From an uncultured Desulfatitalea sp. (GTDB lineage Bacteria; Desulfobacterota; Desulfobacteria; Desulfobacterales; Desulfosarcinaceae), in the NCBI GenBank assembly GCA_963668675.2, contig CAXXMB010000002.1, positions 1,536,001 to 1,600,000 of the forward strand: a stretch of 64,000 bases of DNA, in the 5' to 3' direction. The notes under the pieces are model-generated. The model searched no databases. It was not told where the DNA came from and saw only the letters and a list, made by a program, of their open reading frames with translations. This document shows, in pieces, positions 57,238 through 64,000 of the stretch (its first letter is position 1; each line of letters opens with the position of its first letter). The translations under genes and the position numbers were made by a program.

Positions 57238-58029
57238 ATGGTTGAAAAGCAGAATCTTCTCGTCGACCACCAGGGCGCAGTGTGTACCGTTACGATCAAC
57301 AACCGTGAAAAGCGCAACGCCCTTTCACCCGCCTGCCTCTATGATATGGCGAAGCTGTTTCAGCGTCTTGCCGAAGACGACACCGTTCGGGTGGTCGTGT
57401 TGCGCGGAGCGGGCCGTGAGGCCTTTTCGGCCGGGGCGGATATCGCGGCCATGCCCACCAGGAGTTCCGGCGGCTCCGGAACCCGGCTGGGCGACATCGC
57501 AGCCGCATCAGCCGCCATCCGCGACTTTCCCTATCCGGTGATTGCCATGCTCTATGGCTACACCTTGGGTGCCGGATGCGTCCTGGCCATGGCTTGCGAT
57601 ATCCGGATCGCTTCAGACAAGGTAAAGATGGGAATCCCCACATCCCGCATGGGACTCATACCGACCGTTGACGGATTCAAACGCTTCTTGATCGTTCTGG
57701 GGTACAGTACGGCCCTGGAGATCTTCCTCACCGGGCGCCAATACGACAGCAGCACATGCCTGACCATGGGTATGGTCAATCACCTGGTGGAAGATGACGC
57801 GTTGGAGACATACACCTACGGATTGGCCGAAGAGATTATCCGTTGCGCCCCATTGTCTCTGAAAGGCGCCAAACAGATCCTCACGCGCATTGCGGAAGAT
57901 CCCAACCCCTCTTCCGAAACACGTTCGGAATTCAATGCGCTGTGCGACCAGGCCAGGAAGAGCGACGACCACGAAGAGGCCAAGCAAGCCTTTAAGGAGA
58001 AACGCAAACCGACGTTCAAGGGGATGTAG
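57238..58029 (+). CDS. Enoyl-CoA hydratase/isomerase family protein
   Basis: KRNAL, AFSAGADI, PVIAMLYGYTLGAG, ACDIRIA, FKEKRKPTFKG. Confidence 0.93.
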   Translation: MVEKQNLLVDHQGAVCTVTINNREKRNALSPACLYDMAKLFQRLAEDDTVRVVVLRGAGREAFSAGADIAAMPTRSSGGSGTRLGDIAAASAAIRDFPYPVIAMLYGYTLGAGCVLAMACDIRIASDKVKMGIPTSRMGLIPTVDGFKRFLIVLGYSTALEIFLTGRQYDSSTCLTMGMVNHLVEDDALETYTYGLAEEIIRCAPLSLKGAKQILTRIAEDPNPSSETRSEFNALCDQARKSDDHEEAKQAFKEKRKPTFKGM

Positions 58030-58031
58030 AG

Positions 58032-59225
58032 ATGGCAGGACCACTGGAAGGTATCAAGGTATTGAGCTTCTGCAGCGCTCTGTCCGGACCGTTCGCCACC
58101 ATGATTCTTGGCGACATGGGGGCTGAGGTCATTAAAATCGAGTCCCCCGGCACAGGGGATCGCACCCGCAACTCATCCCACAAAATCAACGGTGTGGGCA
58201 GCTACTTCTTGAGTGTCAATCGCGGGAAGAGAAGCGTCACCTTGAATTTGAAGGACCCGCGCGCCAAAAAGATAGTCTTCGAATTATCGAAACAGGTGGA
58301 TGTGGTGACGGAGAACTTCCGGCCCGGCGTTATGAAGCGGCTGGGATTGGACTATGAGGCCATGCAAGAGATCAACCCCCGTTTGATTTATGCTTCCATT
58401 TCAGGCTTCGGGCAGACCGGTCCCTATGCGCACAAGCCGGCCTACGACATGATCGCCCAGGGCATGGGCGGTGTGCTGAGCATCACCGGATCGGAGGAGC
58501 CCGGCGCCGCCCCCGTCCGTGTGGGCTACTCCATCGGCGATCTGGCCGCCGGTCTGTACGCCGTCATCGGCATCCAGGCCGCGCTCTTGGAACGACAGAA
58601 GAGCGGCCTGGGGCAGTGGGTGGACATCGCCATGCTCGACAGCCAGGTGGCGCTGTGCGAAAATGCCATTGTCCGTCACCTGGCCACCGGAGAAATCCCT
58701 AAACCCCTGGGATCCCGCCATCCGCTGGCCACCCCCTTTCAAGCTTATACGACCCTGGACAAACCGATCATCGTCATCGCCATTTCGGATGAACTTTGGA
58801 CCAATTTCTGCCGCGCCGCCCAAAAAGAGGAGTGGCTCACCGATGACCGTTACAAAACCAAGGATCTGAGACTCGAGAACTACCATCAATTCGACCAGGA
58901 GATGAGCGCCTTGATGCGCACCCGCACTTACAGGGAATGGGAAAAGCAGTTCGAAGCACACGACGTCATGTATGCGCCGGTCAACTCCATCGAGGATGTC
59001 ATCAAAGACCCGCAGGTCAATGCCCGCGAGATGATCGTTGAAGTGTCCCATCCGAAAGCCGGCAAACATCGACTCGTCAACACCCCATTGAAATTTTCCA
59101 GAACACCGGCCGTTGTCTGCAGAGCAGCGCCGGAACTCGGAGCCGACACCAACGACATCCTGTCGAACCATCTGCAGTTGACCCAACAGGAGATTGAACA
59201 GCTGAAGAATGAGAAGGTCATTTAA
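58032..59225 (+). CDS. CoA-transferase family III (CaiB/BaiF)
   Basis: PLEGIKVL, LGDMGAEVIKIE, NRGKRS, ENFRPG, SISGFGQTGPY, SIGD catalytic Asp. Confidence 0.95.
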   Translation: MAGPLEGIKVLSFCSALSGPFATMILGDMGAEVIKIESPGTGDRTRNSSHKINGVGSYFLSVNRGKRSVTLNLKDPRAKKIVFELSKQVDVVTENFRPGVMKRLGLDYEAMQEINPRLIYASISGFGQTGPYAHKPAYDMIAQGMGGVLSITGSEEPGAAPVRVGYSIGDLAAGLYAVIGIQAALLERQKSGLGQWVDIAMLDSQVALCENAIVRHLATGEIPKPLGSRHPLATPFQAYTTLDKPIIVIAISDELWTNFCRAAQKEEWLTDDRYKTKDLRLENYHQFDQEMSALMRTRTYREWEKQFEAHDVMYAPVNSIEDVIKDPQVNAREMIVEVSHPKAGKHRLVNTPLKFSRTPAVVCRAAPELGADTNDILSNHLQLTQQEIEQLKNEKVI

Positions 59226-59377
59226 GGAACGGTCCCATCTACTAAATAAGAAACATCAAAGCAGACGGTTATATAAGCTTCAAATGCATGGATAGCGCCA
59301 AAGCTTCACTGCTTGCCCGGCCTTCGCCGGAATGACCCGAGTTGAAACATATCGTCGCCGGGCAATAGAACGGTGAA

Positions 59378-60421
59378 TCAGGGCTTTGCAGCCCCTGCAC
59401 CGCGAGCCAAGCCCTTGATGCCCATGGTGTTGATCAACTGGTTGATGTCGGTGGTCTTCAAGTTCATTCCGCCTTCGGATACCGGCAGCAGCATGATGCT
59501 TTTGCCTTGCAGCGCCTCGGCGATCTGCAGTTTGACCAGTGCCTCCCCGCCCGATCCGGCCAGGGCTTGGTTCATCTCCTCGATGCCTTTGGCTTCGGCA
59601 ATCCCTTCGGCCTTGATCGCCTCGGCCAGCAATTTCTGCTTCTCGTAGTAGACATCGGCTTCGATCTTGGCCTTGCGATAGACACCGTCGGCATCAGCAA
59701 CCATCTTGTTCACCTCGCCCTTGGCCTCCTCGAGCTTGCGCTTGTACTCCTCCAGGGCCGCATGCTGGGCCGAGCGGTTCTTCTGCACCTGCTGGTCGGC
59801 CACCTTCTTGTCCTCGATCGCTTTCTGATACTCGGTATTGAAACGGTAGTCCTTGGTCAACACCTTCTCCACGATGATACCCATCGGGCCAAGCATCTCC
59901 TGCAAAATCTCCTTGGCCTTCTGGGACTGCATTTCCCGCTTATCGGCCACATAGAATTCTTCTGTGGTCAGTGCACCAAAAATGTCGCGGGGTTTGCTTC
60001 GCGCAATGGTGCGGACGATCTTATCGCGCAGCATCCGATTGTCTTCGGCCACATTCTGCAAAATGGACGGGGCCTTTTCCATATCGATGCGATAGGCGAT
60101 GATCACATCCAGGCTGATATCGTTGCCGTCGATGGTTTTGAAAAGCAGATCGTCCCGGCTGCGCCGGTCGCCGCGACCGCGTTCATACACCATCTCCAGG
60201 TTTTGCAATTTGGTGTCGAAGGTATGCCAGTCGTTGATGAAGGGCATGAAGATATAGGTCGACCCCGGCGGATAGGCTTTGTCTTCTACTCCCTTCTCGC
60301 CCCATAAGGTAAATTTCTTGGTGCGTACGCCCACCTCGGTCTCGCCGGTGGAGTAGAGAAAGCAGCCGGAGAGGCCCGATATCCAGGCAATGGCCAGCAG
60401 AAGAAAGATCATTCGTTTCAT
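59378..60421 (-). CDS. SPFH (band 7/prohibitin) domain lipoprotein
   Basis: LSGC lipobox, KTIDGNDISLDV, AIEDKKVADQ, AEA-rich coiled coil. Confidence 0.88.
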   Translation of the reverse strand: MKRMIFLLLAIAWISGLSGCFLYSTGETEVGVRTKKFTLWGEKGVEDKAYPPGSTYIFMPFINDWHTFDTKLQNLEMVYERGRGDRRSRDDLLFKTIDGNDISLDVIIAYRIDMEKAPSILQNVAEDNRMLRDKIVRTIARSKPRDIFGALTTEEFYVADKREMQSQKAKEILQEMLGPMGIIVEKVLTKDYRFNTEYQKAIEDKKVADQQVQKNRSAQHAALEEYKRKLEEAKGEVNKMVADADGVYRKAKIEADVYYEKQKLLAEAIKAEGIAEAKGIEEMNQALAGSGGEALVKLQIAEALQGKSIMLLPVSEGGMNLKTTDINQLINTMGIKGLARGAGAAKP

Positions 60422-61512
60422 CGGGCACCTCCTTTGCGCACGTCGAAGAGCTTCAGGGCGTTGTCCAGATCCAGCGGGTTAACGCCGGCCTGTCCGTCGC
60501 TGGGCAGGACGATGAGGTCCAAGCCCTTATAGACGTCCGCCATTTTCAGCCCGACCATACGCTCGGATCCGATCCCTTTGAGCGCATCGTTTTTAAGCCG
60601 CACCTTTTCCGCCTCGGCCAACTTGACCAACAGATTGGCCTCGGCCTTCTTCGTCCGCACATAGAGATCCTTTTCGGCGATCTTTCGGGTGACATAGGCC
60701 CGACCCTGCTCTATCTCCACCTCCACAAAGACGCGCCCCTCCTGGACGATCTTCTTCAGTTCAGCCTCCTCCTTGGCAGCCCTGGCAGCGGCCTGATTGG
60801 TGAACACCAATTGATCCTTCAACTTCTTCTCCTCGATATTCTTTTGGATCTCCTGGCTGTACTTGAAGTAGCGCACCAGCACATGCTCGACGCGGATGCC
60901 CTTGGAGTTGAGCTCTTCGTTCAATCGATCGCGGGCCTCCTGGCCTTTTTTCACCCGCAAGGGGCTGTTGTAAAAGTCTTCGGTGGTCAACTTGCCCAGC
61001 GTCTCCTTGAGCGCCGGCTCGGCCTTGGGAATAATGCCGTTGTCTTCGAAGAGCGTCCCGGGACCGATCTTGGTGAACACCAGGTAGGGATCTTCGATAC
61101 GATAGAGAATGGATGCATCGACATCGACAAAAAAGCCATCCGAGGTCTGGATATGGGCCGCCCGATCCTTGCGCGCCCTGCCGGCAGAGGTGTCCGGATA
61201 GGAGGTCAACTCAAGCACCTGCACATCCCTGGGCAGGCAGTGCATCTGCTGGATAAAGGGCATCACGAAATGCAAGCCGGCAGTGTAAACCTCTTTCTGC
61301 ACGCCACGGTTCATACCCATGCGCACCACTTTGATGCCGTACTCGTTCGGGTGCACGTAGACAAAGACCAGATGGTACGCAAGCACCACCACCACGAGAA
61401 CAAGGATCAGGACCTGAATCCCGCGCGACAGTTTGAAATTTATCTTCGGAATTTTGAACGGCGACTTGACCTTCCTCAACGCCGCACTGAAATCCACCGG
61501 TTGTTCGGCCAT
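60418..61512 (-). CDS. SPFH (band 7/prohibitin) domain membrane protein
   Basis: Single TM, GLHFVMPF, QTSDGFFVDVDASILYRI, coiled coil; ATGA overlap with the next gene. Confidence 0.88.
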   Translation of the reverse strand: MAEQPVDFSAALRKVKSPFKIPKINFKLSRGIQVLILVLVVVVLAYHLVFVYVHPNEYGIKVVRMGMNRGVQKEVYTAGLHFVMPFIQQMHCLPRDVQVLELTSYPDTSAGRARKDRAAHIQTSDGFFVDVDASILYRIEDPYLVFTKIGPGTLFEDNGIIPKAEPALKETLGKLTTEDFYNSPLRVKKGQEARDRLNEELNSKGIRVEHVLVRYFKYSQEIQKNIEEKKLKDQLVFTNQAAARAAKEEAELKKIVQEGRVFVEVEIEQGRAYVTRKIAEKDLYVRTKKAEANLLVKLAEAEKVRLKNDALKGIGSERMVGLKMADVYKGLDLIVLPSDGQAGVNPLDLDNALKLFDVRKGGAR

Positions 61513-61855
61513 GATTCACCTCTCTGGGGAGTTTAAAGTGCGTGAATTTTACTCCGTTCATAGTGGTATCAGCTCAAAACCGGAAACCGGGCGGGCCGGC
61601 CCCATGACGGCACATCTTATTAAGAAATATTTATCAAAAAGACAGTAGGTTAGCTAACACAAAACAAAGCGGTCTGTCAACCGGCCGGCAAACCGCTTCA
61701 AATCATTTTGATTGGACTTCGGGGATATCAAAGCAGCACAAACGGAGGCGAGTCCAGCAAGTGGTCTGCACCTGACGCGACCGCGCCATGGACTTCGCTT
61801 CGGCAGATGGTTATGGTGAATTACCGAGCGCAATAAAAAGCGGAGGAGGTGCGAC

Positions 61856-62512
61856 ATGAACACTCACTATATGCATGTTAACAAGGCTGGGATCATGTTT
61901 GCCTTGTTGACGATATTGGGCTGCATTGTCTGCTCGACACCGGTCAGGGCAGACATCTACGCCTGGACCGACAGCGGCGGGGTGATCCATTTCAGCAACC
62001 ACAATCCACCGCCGGAGGCTGAGTTTTTTATGGTCGAGCAGCCCACGGGCGAAAACCCCGTTCACGAAGCGAAACCGACAGCAGCGTTGCCAAAGCGTGA
62101 TCCCCTGCAGGATCAACTGACCGAAGCCCATCACAAACTGGAAAAAGCCCTGGACAAAGTGGACGATCTCACCGAAAAGGTCGAACAGACCCGCCGCGAA
62201 GCCCGCAATGCCGCGGATGCCGCCCAGCGCGCCCAAGCCATGGCCGAAATCGCCAGTGAGAACCGTACCGAACGCACCGCGGTCTATACTGTTCCCTACA
62301 GGCACAGGCCGCACAGACCACGTCCCGAACCCTATTACTGGAAACACGACACCAGTAAGTATCCATACTATCAGGGCAATCGATACAAAACGCCCCGTCG
62401 ACCGGACAGCAAACCTGAACAGTACCAACTTCGCAACTCTGGCATCTCTATCAAATCCAGCCGCAACGGGACCCATATTCATGGGAAAATCGGGTTGAGC
62501 AGCGGACGATAA
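61856..62512 (+). CDS. Exported DUF4124-type protein
   Basis: Signal peptide then ADIYAWTDSGGVIHFSNHNPP, coiled coil; GGAGG RBS. Confidence 0.85.
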   Translation: MNTHYMHVNKAGIMFALLTILGCIVCSTPVRADIYAWTDSGGVIHFSNHNPPPEAEFFMVEQPTGENPVHEAKPTAALPKRDPLQDQLTEAHHKLEKALDKVDDLTEKVEQTRREARNAADAAQRAQAMAEIASENRTERTAVYTVPYRHRPHRPRPEPYYWKHDTSKYPYYQGNRYKTPRRPDSKPEQYQLRNSGISIKSSRNGTHIHGKIGLSSGR

Positions 62513-62617
62513 ACGACTCTCCCCTTTGCCAGGGGGGCCTTTCCGCTGCGTTCGGATTGAAATCGTCTTAAGCCACTTTCTATCAATTATTTCTTGACAC
62601 CGGGACCAGGTAATATA

Positions 62618-62631
62618 ACAACGTACGTTGT
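62618..62631. promoter_or_regulatory. Perfect 14-bp palindrome, candidate operator of the SDR/ADH operon
   Basis: ACAACGTACGTTGT just downstream of TTGACA (62594-62599) in an AT-rich leader. Confidence 0.5.
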
Positions 62632-62713
62632 ATGAAAATATAAAATATGATACCCGATCATCCAGACAGGTATACGGCCTTCGATCAACAAAAATCGGTA
62701 CAAGGGGAAGTTT

Positions 62714-63487
62714 ATGAAAATTAAGGATAAAGTGGTTGTCGTCACTGGCGGCGCCTCGGGCATCGGTCGCGGGTTATGTCACCGGTTTGCCACCGAGGGG
62801 CCGAAGGGCATCGTGGTGTCCGATTATGATGAGAAAGGGGCTGCAGTGGTTGCCGAGCAGATTGGCGGCCTATCGGTCCCGGCCGATGTCGGTAAAGAGG
62901 CTGACATCAAAAATCTCGTTGATATCGCCACCCGCCATTTTGGACCAATTGATCTGTTTGTCTCAAACGCGGGCATCTCTGCACCGGGAGACGCCTTCAC
63001 CCCGGATTCGGATTGGCAGCGTTGCTGGGATGTCCATGTGATGGCCCATGTATATGCCGCCCGTGCCGTTCTGCCGTCCATGATCGAGCGCGGCGGCGGT
63101 TACCTGCTGCAAACAGGGTCCGCCGGAGGCTTGCTCACCACCCTTGGCGCAGCGCCTTATGCGATCAGCAAGCACGCTGCTGTCGCCTTCGCGGAATGGC
63201 TTTCGATCACCCATGCCCGCGACGGCATCAAAGTCAGTTGCCTCTGTCCCCTGGGCGTAAAAACTGGAATGCTTTCCGAAGAAACCGAAGGCATCGGCCA
63301 ATTGATCATGCAGACCGCTCTTTCTCCGGAGGAAGTTGCCGAACACGTCATTACGGGTCTGGAAAAGGAGGCGTTTCTTATTCTTCCCCATCCTGAGGTT
63401 CTGGCGTATTTTCAAAGCAAAGCCAACAACTATGAACGCTGGCTGCACCACATGCGCAAGGAACAGGAACAGTATGTCACACCATAA
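62714..63487 (+). CDS. Short-chain dehydrogenase/reductase
   Basis: TGGASGIG, SNAG, YAISKH. Confidence 0.95.
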   Translation: MKIKDKVVVVTGGASGIGRGLCHRFATEGPKGIVVSDYDEKGAAVVAEQIGGLSVPADVGKEADIKNLVDIATRHFGPIDLFVSNAGISAPGDAFTPDSDWQRCWDVHVMAHVYAARAVLPSMIERGGGYLLQTGSAGGLLTTLGAAPYAISKHAAVAFAEWLSITHARDGIKVSCLCPLGVKTGMLSEETEGIGQLIMQTALSPEEVAEHVITGLEKEAFLILPHPEVLAYFQSKANNYERWLHHMRKEQEQYVTP

Positions 63488-63513
63488 TCAAGCCTGAAAG
63501 AGAGGACCACGAG

Positions 63514-64000
63514 ATGAAAGCAGCCGTGATGAATGGGGCAATGGACATCAGAACGGAGGTCGTGCCCGATCCCGTTCTCGAACCGCATGGGGTGATTATC
63601 AAGGTCAACGCATGCGGTATATGCGGCTCCGACCTGCACGTGTACAAACGTGACGAACAAGGGACCATCTTCGGGCATGAATTCAGCGGCGATGTGGTGG
63701 AGGTCGGTTCCCAGGTCTCCGGTATCACACCAGGCATGCGCGTGACCGCCGTTGGTTTCAAACCGTGCGGAAAATGCTTCTGGTGTGCGCAGGGCAAGGG
63801 GCATCGCTGCTCGGACATGGCGCTGCTCGGCTATCAGTTCCCAGGCGCAATGGCGGAGTATGTCCACGTCCCCTTTGCTGCATTGGGGCGGACCGTTTTC
63901 CCCATACCTGATCGGCTGAGCTACGAAGACGCGGCATCGGTGGAGCCGCTCTCCATCTCCTATTTTTCGGTCAACAGAGCCCAACCCAAGGAAGACGAAA
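63514..64000 (+). CDS. Zinc-dependent medium-chain dehydrogenase (partial, runs off the window)
   Basis: MKAAVM..CGICGSDLH..GHEFSG..CGKCFWC..HRC; not in the ORF track because it has no stop in the window. Confidence 0.93.
   Translation, partial: MKAAVMNGAMDIRTEVVPDPVLEPHGVIIKVNACGICGSDLHVYKRDEQGTIFGHEFSGDVVEVGSQVSGITPGMRVTAVGFKPCGKCFWCAQGKGHRCSDMALLGYQFPGAMAEYVHVPFAALGRTVFPIPDRLSYEDAASVEPLSISYFSVNRAQPKEDE

Noticed and set aside
59290..59370. Degenerate palindromic repeat remnant (CGGCCTTCGCCGGAATGAC)
   Set aside because: Single short copy in the window; cannot be supported as a repeat without a genome search

Overview
This looks like chromosomal DNA of a GC-rich anaerobic deltaproteobacterium, probably a Desulfobacterales-like organism (inferred from gene content). 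About 1-11.6 kb is the AT-richer end of a probable genomic island packed with signalling genes: a likely HD-GYP protein, HDOD, two FHA proteins, three histidine kinases, GGDEF and PilZ. It ends at a 3'-half tRNA-Gln(CTG) att-like fragment just upstream of glnS. About 11.8-42.7 kb is core-like: glnS, a Kef-type antiporter, nfo, a cold-shock gene, engB, era, an RND efflux operon ending in a phospholipase D, sensor kinases, rluA and an RsmG-TrmH fusion. It is interspersed with REP-like doublets and two diverged copies of a ~200-bp hairpin element with compensatory base changes. About 42.8-49.8 kb is a co-oriented trans-envelope cAMP signalling module: CHASE2 adenylate cyclase, FecR-TPR-beta-barrel outer-membrane receptor, small exported Cys-containing protein and Crp regulator. 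In it, the receptor barrel plus the small protein form a sharply AT-rich internal cassette; this is the most interesting candidate system. About 51.4-56 kb is a sigma54-type copper/metal cluster, and about 56-64 kb holds GntR/acyl-CoA genes, an SPFH pair and dehydrogenases. All calls come from reading motifs by eye; no database searches were run.
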